Assembly: GCA_050330055.1 (NCBI GenBank)
Contig: JBHJOF010000078.1
Span: forward strand, 21,300 to 85,299
Reading direction: 5' to 3'
DNA length: 64,000 nucleotides
DNA from: Kiloniellales bacterium
GTDB lineage: Bacteria > Pseudomonadota > Alphaproteobacteria > Kiloniellales > JAKSDN01
Below, piece by piece: positions 34,660-45,420 of this stretch. The notes under the pieces are model-generated. The model searched no databases. It was not told the DNA's origin and saw nothing but the letters and a program-made list of their open reading frames with translations. The translations under genes and the position numbers were made by a program. How positions within the stretch are numbered: the stretch's first letter is position 1; each line of letters starts with the position of its first letter.

Positions 34660-36582
34660 ATGACCAAGCTAAAGCGAGAGGGAATACCCTTCAGCCGGCG
34701 CCAGCTCCTGGGCGGTACGGCGAAAGCCGCCGCGTTGGCCGGCCTGGCCGGAGCCTCCGGCGTTGGGGGTGCGGCGCTCGCGCCCGCGCGGCCCGCCAGC
34801 GCCGCCGAGGCGGCGCTGGTAGGCCCCGGCGAACTGGACGAGTACTACGTCTTCTTCTCGAGCGGCCAGACCGGCGAGCTGCGCATCGTCGGCCTGCCGT
34901 CCATGCGCGAGCTGATGCGCGTGCCGGTGTTCAATCGCTGCAGTGCCACGGGCTGGGGCCAGACCAACGAGAGCCTGAAGGTCCTGACCGAAGGACTGCT
35001 GCCAGAGACGCGGGCCTTCCTCGAGAAGCGGGGCGGCACCTACATGAACGGCGACCTGCATCACCCGCACATGTCGTTCACCGACGGCACCTACGACGGT
35101 CGTTACATCTTCATGAACGACAAGGCGAACACCCGCGTCGCCCGCGTGCGTGGCGACGTCATGAAGTGCGACAAGATCATCGAGCTGCCAAATCAGGTGA
35201 CGGTGCACGGCCTGCGCCTGCAGAAGTACCCCAAGACCGGTTACGTCTACTGCAACGGCGAGTATCGCGTGCCCTTGCCAAACGATGGCCAGGTGCTCGA
35301 CGAGCCGGAGAAGTACAGCTGCATCTTCACTGCCCTCGACGGCGAGACCATGACGGTCGCCTGGCAGGTGTTAGTTGACGGCAACCTCGACAACGTCGAT
35401 TCCGACTACCAGGGAAAGTACTGCTTCGCGACCTGCTACAACTCCGAGGAAGGCGTTACTCTGGCCGAGACGACTGCGGCGGAGCAAGACTGGGTCGTCG
35501 TGTTCAACCTCAAGCGAATCGAGGAGGCGGTTGCCAGGGGCGAAGCTCAGATGCTGAACGGCGTTCCGGTGGTCGATGGCCGCAAGGGCTCGCCCTTTAC
35601 CCGCTACATTCCGATCCCCAACAGCCCGCATGGCATCAATACGGCGCCGGACGGCATCCACGTCGTGGCAAACGGCAAGCTCTCGCCGACGGTTTCGGTC
35701 ATGGATGTCCGCCGGCTGGACGACCTCTTCGACGACAAGATCGCACCACGCGACGTGATCGTCGCTGAGCCGGAGCTCGGGCTGGGCCCGCTGCACACGG
35801 CCTTCGACGGCCGCGGCAACGCATTCACGACCCTGTTCATCGACAGCCAGATCTGCAAGTGGTCGATCGACAAGGCGATCCGCCAGTTCAACGGCGAGGA
35901 CGTTGACCCGATCATCCAGAAGCTCGACGTGCACTACCAGCCGGGCCACAACCACTCGTCAATGGGACAGACCAAGGAGGCGGACGGCAAGTGGCTGCTT
36001 TCGCTCAACAAGTTCTCGAAGGATCGCTTCCTCAACGTGGGCCCGCTCAAGCCGGAGAACGATCAGCTGATCGACATCTCCGGCGACGAGATGGTGATCG
36101 TGCACGACGGGCCGAGCTTTGCCGAGCCGCACGATGCCACCATCGTGCATAGCTCCAAGGTCCATCCGGTGCACGTCTGGGACCGCAACGATCCCATTTT
36201 CGAGGATGCGCGCAAGCAGGCCGAGGCCGACGGCGTGGATCTCGAGATCGCGGCTGACGTGATCCGCGATGCGAATGACCCGAACAAGGTCAGGGTCTAC
36301 ATGCACTCGGTTGCGCCGGCCTTCAGCCTTGAGCAGTTCACCGTCAAGCAAGGCGATGAAGTAACCGTCTACATCACCAACATAGACGACGTGGAGGACC
36401 TGACCCACGGCTTCACCATCATCGACTACGGCATCGCCATGGAAGTCGGGCCACAGGCGACCGCCTCGGTCACCTTCACCGCCGACCGGCCGGGCGTCCA
36501 CTGGTACTATTGCCAGTGGTTCTGCCACGCGCTCCACATGGAGATGTCGGGACGCATGCTGGTGGAACCACGCGCGGTCTAG
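34660..36582 (+). CDS. nosZ: Nitrous-oxide reductase, clade I (Tat-dependent)
   Basis: Tat signal [17 protein letters not shown], a seven-bladed propeller region, and a C-terminal CuA motif (HGF...[12 protein letters not shown]). Confidence 0.96.
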   Translation: MTKLKREGIPFSRRQLLGGTAKAAALAGLAGASGVGGAALAPARPASAAEAALVGPGELDEYYVFFSSGQTGELRIVGLPSMRELMRVPVFNRCSATGWGQTNESLKVLTEGLLPETRAFLEKRGGTYMNGDLHHPHMSFTDGTYDGRYIFMNDKANTRVARVRGDVMKCDKIIELPNQVTVHGLRLQKYPKTGYVYCNGEYRVPLPNDGQVLDEPEKYSCIFTALDGETMTVAWQVLVDGNLDNVDSDYQGKYCFATCYNSEEGVTLAETTAAEQDWVVVFNLKRIEEAVARGEAQMLNGVPVVDGRKGSPFTRYIPIPNSPHGINTAPDGIHVVANGKLSPTVSVMDVRRLDDLFDDKIAPRDVIVAEPELGLGPLHTAFDGRGNAFTTLFIDSQICKWSIDKAIRQFNGEDVDPIIQKLDVHYQPGHNHSSMGQTKEADGKWLLSLNKFSKDRFLNVGPLKPENDQLIDISGDEMVIVHDGPSFAEPHDATIVHSSKVHPVHVWDRNDPIFEDARKQAEADGVDLEIAADVIRDANDPNKVRVYMHSVAPAFSLEQFTVKQGDEVTVYITNIDDVEDLTHGFTIIDYGIAMEVGPQATASVTFTADRPGVHWYYCQWFCHALHMEMSGRMLVEPRAV

Positions 36583-36587
36583 GGGCG

Positions 36588-37862
36588 ATGCGCGTGGTGC
36601 TTCGTTGTTGCCTGGCCGCCGCCGCCGTGGCCCTGGCCGCGGCGGCGCCGCTGGGCGCCGCCGAGATCACTCTGGCGCCCGGCGACGACCTGCGGCAAGC
36701 GGTCGCGGCCGCGGCCGAGGGCGACAGCATCGTGCTGCGATCCGGCCTTCACTACGGGCCGCTCGTCATCGACAAGCCGCTCACCCTGCGCGGCGAGGAT
36801 GGCGCCGTCATCGAGGGCGGCGGCCGCGGCAGCGTGATCACGCTGACCGCGGCCGACGTTCGCATCGAGGGGCTGACGATCCGCGGCTCCGGCAAGGATC
36901 TGCCGGCCATGGACTCGGGCGTCCTGGCGACCAGGACGGCGCCACGGGCCGTGATCGTCGACAACGATTTCGACGGCAACCTCTTCGGCGTCTACCTGCA
37001 CGGCGCCGCGGACTCGCTCGTCCAGGGCAACCGCGTGCGTGGCCGCCGGGACGTGCGCCTCTCGGAGGCAGGCAACGGCGTCTCGATCTGGAACGCGCCT
37101 GGCGCCCGGGTGGTGGGCAACGACATCGGCCAGGTGCGCGACGGAATCTTCGTCAACGTCAGCAAGCGGAACCTCTTCGAGGGCAACCGCTTCGCCGAAC
37201 TGCGTTTTGCCATCCATTATATGTATACGCACGACAGCAAGGTAATCGGCAACCGGTCGAGCGGCAATCACGTCGGCTGGGCGATCATGTACTCTGACAG
37301 GCTGGAGATTCGCGACAATGTCAGCATTGGCGACCGCGACCATGGATTGCTGCTCAACTACGCGAACCGCTCCGAGATCACCGGCAACGTCGTCAAGGGC
37401 GGGCGCCAGAAGTGCCTCTTCATCTACAACGCGCACGGCAACCTGATCGAGGGCAACTGGTTCGAGGGCTGCCCAATCGGCATCCACTTCACCGCCGGGT
37501 CGGAGCGCAACCGCGTTACCGGCAATGCCTTCATCGGCAACCGGACCCAGGTGAAGTACGTCGGCACGCGCTTCGTCGAGTGGAGCCACGAGGGTCGCGG
37601 CAACTACTGGAGCGACAATCCCGCCTTCGACCTCGACGGCGACGGCCTGGCCGACCGTCCATACCGCCCGAACGACGTGATGGACGAGATCCTGTGGCGC
37701 TATCCGCAGGCCAAGCTGCTGCTCAACAGCCCGGCGGTGTCGGTGCTGCGCCACGTCCAAGCGCGCTTTCCCGCGCTCTATCCCGGCGGCGTGACCGACA
37801 CGGCGCCGCTCATGCGGCCGCCGCAGGTGGCGCCGACCCTGATCGAAGAAGGCGGAACATGA
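36588..37862 (+). CDS. nosD: NosD, periplasmic beta-helix N2O-reductase maturation protein
   Basis: Trimmed to MRVVLRCCLAAAAVALAAAAPLGA (signal peptide). It shows repetitive parallel beta-helix repeats (..GN.I.GN..). Confidence 0.9.
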   Translation: MRVVLRCCLAAAAVALAAAAPLGAAEITLAPGDDLRQAVAAAAEGDSIVLRSGLHYGPLVIDKPLTLRGEDGAVIEGGGRGSVITLTAADVRIEGLTIRGSGKDLPAMDSGVLATRTAPRAVIVDNDFDGNLFGVYLHGAADSLVQGNRVRGRRDVRLSEAGNGVSIWNAPGARVVGNDIGQVRDGIFVNVSKRNLFEGNRFAELRFAIHYMYTHDSKVIGNRSSGNHVGWAIMYSDRLEIRDNVSIGDRDHGLLLNYANRSEITGNVVKGGRQKCLFIYNAHGNLIEGNWFEGCPIGIHFTAGSERNRVTGNAFIGNRTQVKYVGTRFVEWSHEGRGNYWSDNPAFDLDGDGLADRPYRPNDVMDEILWRYPQAKLLLNSPAVSVLRHVQARFPALYPGGVTDTAPLMRPPQVAPTLIEEGGT

Positions 37863-38782
37863 GCGAGGTGGTGAGCCTGCAGTCGGCGAGCAAGCGCTAC
37901 GGCCGGATCGTGGCGCTGGAGGACGCGACCGTGATCCTGCGGCCGGGCGAGACCGTGGCCCTGGTCGGTCACAACGGCGCCGGCAAGACCACCCTGATGA
38001 AGCTGGTGCTCGGGCTGGTGCGGCCGAGCGCCGGCAGCGTGCGGGTCTTCGGCGAAGACCCGGCCGGCTCGCTCGGGGCGGAGGTCCGGCGGCGAGTCGG
38101 CTTTCTGCCGGAAAGCGTTGCCTTCCACGACGCCATGACCGGGCGCGAGCTGCTCGGCTTCTACGCCGGCCTCAAGGGCAGCGCGCGGGCGGCCAACCGC
38201 GAGCTGCTCGATCGCGTTGGCCTGGCCGCCGCGGCCGACCGCCGGGTCGCCACCTATTCCAAGGGCATGCGCCAGCGCCTCGGCCTGGCCCAGGCCCTGC
38301 TCGGCGAGCCCGGTCTGCTGCTGCTCGACGAGCCGACCTCGGGCCTCGATCCCGAATCGCGGGCCCAGGTCTACGAGACCATCGACGGCCTGCGCCGGCG
38401 CAACGCGACCGTGCTGGTCTCGACCCACGCCCTGGCCGAGATTGAGCACCACGTCGACCGGGTGGCGCTGCTGCACCGCGGACGGCTGCTCGCGCTCGGC
38501 CCCATCGGCGCGCTGCGCGAGGCGGCGGCGCTGCCGCTCACCGTGCGACTCACGGTCAAGACCTGCACCACCGAAACGGTGCTGGCTCAGATTGGCGACT
38601 GCGCCACCATGCTCGAACGAGACAGCGCCAGCCTGCTGCTCGCCGTCGAGCCGTCGAGCAAGCTGGCGTTCCTCGAACAGCTGGGCCGCCTGCGGCCGTG
38701 GCTGGCCGACGTCGAGATCGAGACGCCAGGCCTGACGGAGCTCTATCGCCACCTGGTCAGCCAGAGGGAGACCGCACCATGA
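37859..38782 (+). CDS. nosF: NosF, ABC ATPase of the NosDFY complex
   Basis: ATGA overlap with nosD. Walker A (GHNGAGKTT), the signature (YSKGMRQRL) and Walker B (LLLLDEP) are present. Confidence 0.9.
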   Translation: MSEVVSLQSASKRYGRIVALEDATVILRPGETVALVGHNGAGKTTLMKLVLGLVRPSAGSVRVFGEDPAGSLGAEVRRRVGFLPESVAFHDAMTGRELLGFYAGLKGSARAANRELLDRVGLAAAADRRVATYSKGMRQRLGLAQALLGEPGLLLLDEPTSGLDPESRAQVYETIDGLRRRNATVLVSTHALAEIEHHVDRVALLHRGRLLALGPIGALREAAALPLTVRLTVKTCTTETVLAQIGDCATMLERDSASLLLAVEPSSKLAFLEQLGRLRPWLADVEIETPGLTELYRHLVSQRETAP

Positions 38783-39599
38783 CCGCGCCGCTGGTGGTTG
38801 CCGCGCAGGAGCTGCAGGCCGGCCTGCGCAACAAGTGGGTGGTCGCCACGACTCTGCTGCCGCACTCGCGCTCAGCCTGGCGCTGCTCGGCAGTGCGCCG
38901 ACCGGCACGCTGGGCGCCGATCCGCTGGCGGTCGTGGTCGTCAGCCTCGCCAGCCTGAGCATCTTCCTGGTGCCGTTGATCGCCCTGCTGCTCTCCTTCG
39001 ACGCGGTCGTCGGCGAGGCCGAGCGGGGCACGCTGCTGCTTCTGCTCGCCTACCCGCTGGCGCGCTGGCAGATCGTCGTCGGCAAGTTTCTCGGCCACGC
39101 GGCAATCCTGGCTCTTGCGATCGTGCTGGGCTACGGCGTCGTCGCCGTCGCGCTGCTGGCCAAGGAGACGACAGTGGAGGCCTGGAGCGCCTTTGCCCTG
39201 TTGATCGCCAGCTCGATCCTGCTCGGCGCGGCCTTTCTCGCGCTGGGTGCGCTGTCTAGCGTTGTCGTGCGGGAACGCGCCACGGCGGCAGGGCTTGCGG
39301 TGGCGCTGTGGCTGCTGTTCGTGCTGATCTACGATTCGGCGCTGCTTGGCCTGTTGGTCGCCGACCAGGGCCGGATGATGACTCCGCCGGTGCTGGACGC
39401 CCTGCTGTTGCTCAATCCGGCCGACGCCTACCGCCTGCTCAACCTAGCCGGCGACGAGGCGGTCGCGACCCTGGCCGGCATGGCCGGTCCCGGCGAGGCC
39501 GGGCGCCTGCCACGGGGGCTGCTTTTGGCCTCTCTTACCGGCTGGATCGTCGTGCCCCTGGGCCTCGCCATCATCGTGTTCGCAAGGAGGCAGCCATGA
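38779..39599 (+). pseudogene. nosY: nosY (ABC-2 permease) interrupted by an apparent 1-nt deletion / -1 frameshift near 38857-38860
   Basis: The N-terminus MTAPLVVAAQELQAGLRNKWVVATTLL is in the frame of 38779, whose ATG overlaps the nosF stop. The rest (AALALSLALLGSAPTG...LIALLLSFDAVVGE...) is in the frame of ORF 38835..39599. The span is 821 nt, which is 822 minus 1. Confidence 0.8.
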
Positions 39600-40180
39600 G
39601 ACTGCGCCAAGCCACCCTGGCACTGGTTCTTGCCGCCACGCTGGCCGCCTGCGGTGAGGAGCAGGAGGTCGCCGAGCGTCCGGCTCCCTTGGAGCCGGGC
39701 CGGGAGGCGATCGGTCACTACTGCGGCATGATGGTCGTCGAGCATGCCGGCCCCAAGGGCCAGATCTTCCTGAAGGGCGAGGCGGAGCCGGTCTGGTTCA
39801 CCTCGGTGCGCGATACGCTGGCCTTCACGATGCTGCCGGAGGAACCCAAGGATATCGCCGCGATTTACGTGAACGACATGGCCAAGGCCCAGAGCTGGGA
39901 TCAGCCGGAGCCGGGCATGTGGGTAGAAGCGCGCGGTGCCGTTTTCGTTGTCGGCAGCGACGCGCGCGGCGGCATGGGCGCGCCCGAGGCGGTGCCCTTC
40001 TCGGACATGCAAGCCGCTGAGCGCTTCAAGGCGGAGCACGGCGGCCTGATTCACGCCTTCGGCCACATACCCGGGGACTTCATTCTGGGACCGGGGGACG
40101 CGCAGGACGCGGCGCAACCGGGAGCCGGGCAGGGAGACGGGCACGGCCAAGGCGGCAGTGGGTCGCACAGCAATGACTGA
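39596..40180 (+). CDS. nosL: NosL, copper-chaperone lipoprotein
   Basis: Trimmed to MRLRQATLALVLAATLAAC (lipobox LAAC). ATGA overlap with nosY. The tail is Gly/His-rich. Confidence 0.85.
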   Translation: MRLRQATLALVLAATLAACGEEQEVAERPAPLEPGREAIGHYCGMMVVEHAGPKGQIFLKGEAEPVWFTSVRDTLAFTMLPEEPKDIAAIYVNDMAKAQSWDQPEPGMWVEARGAVFVVGSDARGGMGAPEAVPFSDMQAAERFKAEHGGLIHAFGHIPGDFILGPGDAQDAAQPGAGQGDGHGQGGSGSHSND

Positions 40181-41165
40181 GGCGCGGGGCATTCTGCTGC
40201 CGCGGCGGCGCTTCATCGCCATCGCCGGCGTTGCGGCCGGTTGCGCGGCCATGGGGCCCGCAGCGCCAGCGGCCGCACCGATCCACCGCTGGCACGGCAC
40301 GGCGCTTGGCTCCTCGGCTTCGATCCAGCTCCTGCACCCTGAACCGGAGGCGGCACGCGTCCTGATCGAGCAGGCGGTCGCCGAGATGGCCCGCCTCGAG
40401 CGCATCTTCAGCCTCTATCGCAGCGAGTCCGATCTCTCGCGTCTCAACCGCGGCGGTATGATCGAAGCGCCGCCGCTGGCGCTGGTCGAGCTGCTGGCGC
40501 GGGCCGCCGAGGTAAGCCGCGTGACCGACGGCGTCTTCGATGTCACGATCCAGCCACTCTGGCGGCGCTTTGCGGTGCATTTCTCGCGCGACGAGGCGGC
40601 GCCATCCGGGCCCGTGATCGACGACGTTTTGCCGCTGGTCGATTGGCGCGCCCTTGACATTACGCCCGAACGCATAGCCTTCCGGCAGCCGGGCATGGCC
40701 GTCACTCTCAACGGCATCGCCCAGGGCTTTGTTACCGACCGTGTGGCCGAGCTGTTTGGCCGCAACGGGGTGGATCATGTGCTGCTCGACCTCGGCGAAA
40801 TCCGCGCTTGCGGGCAGGCTCCCGCTGGCCGGCCCTGGCGCGTTGGCATTGCCGATCCTCTGCAGCCGGCGGAGATCATCGGGCGCCTCGACCTGGCCAG
40901 CCGCGCCGTGGCGACGTCTGGCGGATACGGCACGCTGTTCGATGCGTCCGGCCGCTTCAGCCATCTCATCGATCCACGAAGCGGACGGACGGCACCGGCG
41001 GCGCGCAGCGTTACCGTAACCGCCGCCGACGCGACCACGGCCGATGCCTATTCGACGGCCTTCGCGCTGATGGATGAGCCTGCCATCGCTGCAGTTGCGA
41101 GGGGCTTCCCTGATTTGACGGTTCATGTTGCTTGCGGAGCGGGCCTCAAGCAGCTCTCAGCTTGA
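40173..41165 (+). CDS. nosX: NosX / ApbE-family FAD:protein FMN transferase, Tat signal
   Basis: MTEARGILLPRRRFIAIAGVAAG (twin-Arg). ApbE blocks are present (DVTIQPLW, LNGIAQG, ATSGGY). Confidence 0.85.
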   Translation: MTEARGILLPRRRFIAIAGVAAGCAAMGPAAPAAAPIHRWHGTALGSSASIQLLHPEPEAARVLIEQAVAEMARLERIFSLYRSESDLSRLNRGGMIEAPPLALVELLARAAEVSRVTDGVFDVTIQPLWRRFAVHFSRDEAAPSGPVIDDVLPLVDWRALDITPERIAFRQPGMAVTLNGIAQGFVTDRVAELFGRNGVDHVLLDLGEIRACGQAPAGRPWRVGIADPLQPAEIIGRLDLASRAVATSGGYGTLFDASGRFSHLIDPRSGRTAPAARSVTVTAADATTADAYSTAFALMDEPAIAAVARGFPDLTVHVACGAGLKQLSA

Positions 41166-41835
41166 GGAGCGTCAAGTTCAGTCCGGCACGACGAGCAAGC
41201 GCTCGGAGCGACTCTTTGCCGTCTACACCGCATTCCCTGTCCAGCTATGGTGCTGAGCCGCAGATTCGGCCGCGCCGGACGCTTCCGGTTCGATTCGATA
41301 AGATCGGCGAATTCGCTGGAGCGCTCCCGGACGTTGAGCGAGATGAGCCAGGCATCCTAGTCGGATATACGCCAGCTGCGATCTCCAGACCCACTCAACA
41401 AGCGTTCCCTCCGGCATGTACAGGTGCATGGCGGGCAGATCCCTGAACACGAAACCAGCGATGGCGTAGGTGATCGCGGCTAGGAGTTTCACAACGATGA
41501 TACGTCGGCTGCCAATGAACCATTGCACAATGCTCTCATATGCCGGTACCTGTCCTAGATGGACCCTTCATCCGGTCGGATCCTTGGGCGATTGAGGTGT
41601 CTCCACGGCATCGAGGAACCGAATTGCGGCGCAGTCTCGTCGACAATATTGTTGAAAATCCCTGTGGGATTGATCAGACTTTGGCCAAGGAGACGGGTTG
41701 TGAGATAGCCGCCGGGGCTTCGCCCGGCCTGGGTATCGACAAGCTGTTGGTGCGCAGGAGACGACTTGGCCCGCGCTAGCGGCAGAGTTGAGTGGCTCGA
41801 TCGCCAGCCCTGGCTTGTGATCATCACTTAGGCAA

Positions 41836-42516
41836 GTGACGCGAATGGTAGCGAACAATGGTCTTGGCGAAGTGGTCGGCCACCTCGAGGAGGACATCGT
41901 TTTCGGCCGGCGCCGGCCGCGCGAGCGGCTCATCGAGGAAGACCTGGTCGCCGAGTTCGGCGCCAAGAAGCACGTGGTGCGCCAGGCTCTGGCCGAGCTG
42001 GAGCGCATGGGCCTGGTCGAGCGCAAGCGCAACAAGGGCGCCTGCGTGCGCGACTACTCACCCGAGGACGTGCAGCAAATCTTTGCAGTCCGCGAACTGC
42101 TGGAGGCCGAGGCGGCCCGGCAGATTCCGCTGCCCGCTCCCAAGGCCTTGATTGACTCCTTGACCGCGATCTACCGCGAGCACAGCGAGGCCGTGGACTC
42201 GAACGACCTGGCCAGGGCCTTTCGCGTCAACATCCGCTTCCACCAGACGCTGTTCGGCGCCTGCGGTAACCCCTACCTGGTCGAGGCGATCAACACCTTC
42301 GCCTTCAAGAGCCACGCCGTGCGCTCCTACTCGCTGGCCAAGCCGGACCTGCTGCGCAACGCGCGCAAGGAGCACGCCGCCATGATCGACGCGCTCAAGA
42401 AGGGTGGGCGCGAGCGCCTGGTCGATCTCTGCATCGCCCACCTGAAACCGCCGGTGAAGGCCTATATCGACGCCTACGAGCAGATCTTCGGCCCGGCCCT
42501 GCGGCGCAGCGCCTAG
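41836..42516 (+). CDS. GntR-family (FadR/FCD subfamily) transcriptional regulator
   Basis: wHTH (LIEEDLVAEFGAKKHVVRQALAELERMGLVERKRNKG) plus a C-terminal all-helical FCD domain. Confidence 0.85.
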   Translation: MTRMVANNGLGEVVGHLEEDIVFGRRRPRERLIEEDLVAEFGAKKHVVRQALAELERMGLVERKRNKGACVRDYSPEDVQQIFAVRELLEAEAARQIPLPAPKALIDSLTAIYREHSEAVDSNDLARAFRVNIRFHQTLFGACGNPYLVEAINTFAFKSHAVRSYSLAKPDLLRNARKEHAAMIDALKKGGRERLVDLCIAHLKPPVKAYIDAYEQIFGPALRRSA

Positions 42517-43415
42517 GCTCCCAGCGGCCGCGCGTCGAAGCGGTAGAGATCGGCCGGGTTGTCGACCAGAATCCGACGGATCAGGGCTTCATCCTCGAAC
42601 CAGACTCCCAGCGCGTCGAGCAGGTCGCCGTCGTTCGGCATGGGCCCGCGCGCCTCGGGGCCGGGGCCGCCGATGTCGGGGTGCGGCCAGTCCGTGCCCC
42701 AGACCAGGCGCTGCGGCGCCACCGCGGCGAGCGCTCGGGCGAAGGGCTGCGCCTTGGGGTAAGGAAAGCCCGAGTAGTCGAAGCGATAGGGGCAGAGCTT
42801 GACCCAGGTGCGGCCGGCCTCGACGAGGCGTAGCAGGCTGCGGAAGCCCAGCTGTTCCGTCCCCTGATTCTCGTCCATGTGGCCCAGGTGATCGATCACC
42901 AGGGGCACCGGCAGGGCCTGCAAGCGCGCCTCGATATCCGGCAGGATGCCGCCGCGCAAGTAGATCTGAGCGTGCCAGTCGATCGACGCTGCCTTCGCCG
43001 CCAGGCTCTCCAATGCATCGAGCGAGGTGCTGCCGCCGGTGTGAATCAGATTGAAGCGCAGGCCACGGAAGCCGGCAGCGTCCAGCCGCTTGAGCTCATG
43101 TGCGCCGATGCCGGGGTCGACCACCGCGACGCCGCGTGCGCGGCCGGCCATACGGGCGATGGCGTCTTCCGTGCAGCCGTTGTCGGAGCCATAGACGCTC
43201 GGCTGCACGATCACGGCGCGCTCGATGCCCAGGATGCCGAGCATTCGCAGGAAGTCGTCGAGCGGCGCGTCAGGCGGCGTGTAAAGTCGCTCGGGGCTGT
43301 AGGGAAAGCGCGCCGCCGGCCCGAACACGTGGTTGTGGCAGTCGCAGGCCTTGGGCGGCGCCTTGAGCGTCGGCGTGTGGGGGTTCGGGTCCGGGCCGGG
43401 AATCGGTCTGGTCAT
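42513..43415 (-). CDS. Amidohydrolase_2 family lactonase (LigI / sugar-lactonase-like)
   Basis: 300 aa. It has the CDCHNHVFGP motif, later VIDHLGH and WGTDWPHP blocks, which are typical of LigI-type lactone hydrolases. Confidence 0.78.
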   Translation of the reverse strand: MTRPIPGPDPNPHTPTLKAPPKACDCHNHVFGPAARFPYSPERLYTPPDAPLDDFLRMLGILGIERAVIVQPSVYGSDNGCTEDAIARMAGRARGVAVVDPGIGAHELKRLDAAGFRGLRFNLIHTGGSTSLDALESLAAKAASIDWHAQIYLRGGILPDIEARLQALPVPLVIDHLGHMDENQGTEQLGFRSLLRLVEAGRTWVKLCPYRFDYSGFPYPKAQPFARALAAVAPQRLVWGTDWPHPDIGGPGPEARGPMPNDGDLLDALGVWFEDEALIRRILVDNPADLYRFDARPLGA

Positions 43416-43437
43416 GCTCTTGGCAATGGTTGGAGAT

Positions 43438-44565
43438 TTAGACGATCGGCGCGCGCGGCAGGGCGCGAGTCGTGCGCGGGTCGAAGAGGTGGCAGGCGCC
43501 GAGATCGAGGTAGAGGTCGATCACATCGTCGGGACGCACCGGCGCGAAGCGGCTGACTCGCGCGGTGATGTCCTTGTCACAGCCCTCGCAGCTGAGCACT
43601 AGGATGGTCTCGGCGCCGAGCGGCTCGACCGATTCGACCCGCGCGCGCACGGCGGCGAAGCGCGAAGAGCCTGCGTCCGGGTGCGCCAGGTAGAGGTCCT
43701 CCGGCCGGATGCCGAAGACCACGGCGCCACTGTCGCCCTGCGGCAGGCTGCTGGCCCTGTGCCGCGGCAACTCGAGATCGCGGCCGAAAATCTGCAGCCG
43801 GACCGCACCGTCCGCGCCGCCGATGCCGTGGGCGCTCATCAGATTGGTCGGCGGGCTGCCGATGAAGGAGGCGACGAAGGTATCGGAGGGGTTCTCGTAG
43901 ACCTCGAGCGGCGCGCCGATCTGCACGATTCGCCCATCGCGCATGACGCAGATCCGCGTGCCCATGGTCATGGCTTCCACCTGGTCGTGCGTCACGTAGA
44001 TCATGGTCGCCTGGAGGCGCTGGTACTGGCGGATCAGCTCGCTGCGTGTATGTGTGCGCAGCGCGGCGTCCAGGTTCGACAGCGGCTCGTCGAACAGGAA
44101 GACCTTGGGGTCGCGGACGATGGCGCGGCCCAACGCCACCCGCTGGCGCTGGCCACCAGAGAGCGCGGCGGGCTTGCGCTCGAGCAGCTCGGTCAGGCCG
44201 AGCGTCTCGGCGACGCGGGTTACCCGCGCCCTCGTCTCCGCGGCGGGAAAGCCGCGCCGCCGCAAACCGAAAGCGAGGTTGTTGCGCACCGTCATGTGCG
44301 GATAGAGCGCGTAAGACTGGAACACCATGGCGATGTCACGATCCTTGGCCGGAACCCGGTTCATCGCCTTGCCATCGATCCTGAGCGTGCCCTCTGTAAT
44401 CGACTCGAGCCCGGCAATCATGCGCAGGGTGGTCGACTTGCCGCAGCCCGAGGGGCCGAGCAGCACCATGAACTCGCCATCGGCGATGGTCAGAGAGATG
44501 TCGTCGACCGCGACCGGGCCGCTGCCGAAGCGCTTGGTGATGTGCTCGAGCTCGACGACGGCCAT
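43438..44565 (-). CDS. Carbohydrate (CUT1) ABC transporter ATP-binding protein (MalK/UgpC-like)
   Basis: Walker A (GPSGCGKST), LSGGQRQRVA and FLFDEPLSNLD are present, plus a C-terminal regulatory TOBE-like domain. Confidence 0.9.
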   Translation of the reverse strand: MAVVELEHITKRFGSGPVAVDDISLTIADGEFMVLLGPSGCGKSTTLRMIAGLESITEGTLRIDGKAMNRVPAKDRDIAMVFQSYALYPHMTVRNNLAFGLRRRGFPAAETRARVTRVAETLGLTELLERKPAALSGGQRQRVALGRAIVRDPKVFLFDEPLSNLDAALRTHTRSELIRQYQRLQATMIYVTHDQVEAMTMGTRICVMRDGRIVQIGAPLEVYENPSDTFVASFIGSPPTNLMSAHGIGGADGAVRLQIFGRDLELPRHRASSLPQGDSGAVVFGIRPEDLYLAHPDAGSSRFAAVRARVESVEPLGAETILVLSCEGCDKDITARVSRFAPVRPDDVIDLYLDLGACHLFDPRTTRALPRAPIV

Positions 44566-44593
44566 CAGGCGATCTCCTGATTCGCGCCGGTGG

Positions 44594-45418
44594 TCACTTG
44601 ATCGCCCCCGCGGTCATGCCCTGGATGACCTTCTCGGAGAAGAAAACGTAGGCGACTATGATGGGTATGACGGCGATCATGAGGCCCGTTGCTAGCATCC
44701 CGGTGTCGTCCAGGTGGTCGCCCATGAAGCGCTGGATGCCGAGCGGCAGGGTCCGCTTCGAGTCATCGACCAGCAGAACCACGGCGAAGAGGAACTCGTT
44801 CCAGATGTAGATGGTGTTGAGGATGACGGTGGTCGCGATCGCCGGCAGGCCGATCGGCAGGGTGATGCGCCAGAAGATCTCGAAGTCGGAGTAGCCGTCG
44901 ATCCGCGCGGCGTCGAAGAGGTCCTGCGGCAGGCGGGCGAAGAAGCCCTCCAAGATATAGACCGTCAGCGGCATCTGCATCGATACGTAGACCAGGATCA
45001 GACCGATGTGGCGGTCGTAGAGGCCGTACTGCACCAGGAGCTGAAAGATGCCGATGATGGTGATCTGCGGCGGCAGGATAATGGTGCTGAAGATCAGGAA
45101 CAGGATCAGCCGGTTGCCGGGGAAGCGATAGCGCGCCAGGCAATGCGCCGCCATGGCGCCGCAGATCGACAGGATGGCGACCGAGGTGACGGTAACCACG
45201 GTCGAGTTCCAGAAATAGGTCTCATAGTTCGAGTTGAACCAGGCCTCGCCGTACTTCCACCAGTGGAACTGCTCCGGCAGGGCGTAGGGATCGGCCGAGA
45301 TCTCCGAGGTCGTGCGCAGCGACATGATCGCCACCCAGACGAAGGGCCCCGCGGCGAAGGCGGTATAGAGCGCCAGCACGCTGAGCAGCACCGAGCGGAC
45401 GATGACCCGCTGCGTCAT
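44594..45418 (-). CDS. Carbohydrate ABC transporter permease (MalG-like)
   Basis: Trimmed to MTQRVIVRSVLL.... The EAA-type loop DAARIDGYSDFEIFWRITLP is present. Confidence 0.9.
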   Translation of the reverse strand: MTQRVIVRSVLLSVLALYTAFAAGPFVWVAIMSLRTTSEISADPYALPEQFHWWKYGEAWFNSNYETYFWNSTVVTVTSVAILSICGAMAAHCLARYRFPGNRLILFLIFSTIILPPQITIIGIFQLLVQYGLYDRHIGLILVYVSMQMPLTVYILEGFFARLPQDLFDAARIDGYSDFEIFWRITLPIGLPAIATTVILNTIYIWNEFLFAVVLLVDDSKRTLPLGIQRFMGDHLDDTGMLATGLMIAVIPIIVAYVFFSEKVIQGMTAGAIK

Positions 45419-45420
45419 GG

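Noticed and set aside
41223-41528. 101-aa reverse-strand ORF after nosX (MQWFIGSRRIIVVKLLAAITYAIAGFVF...).
   Set aside because: It has one hydrophobic segment but no recognisable family and no convincing SD. It is possibly a remnant and was not called as a gene.
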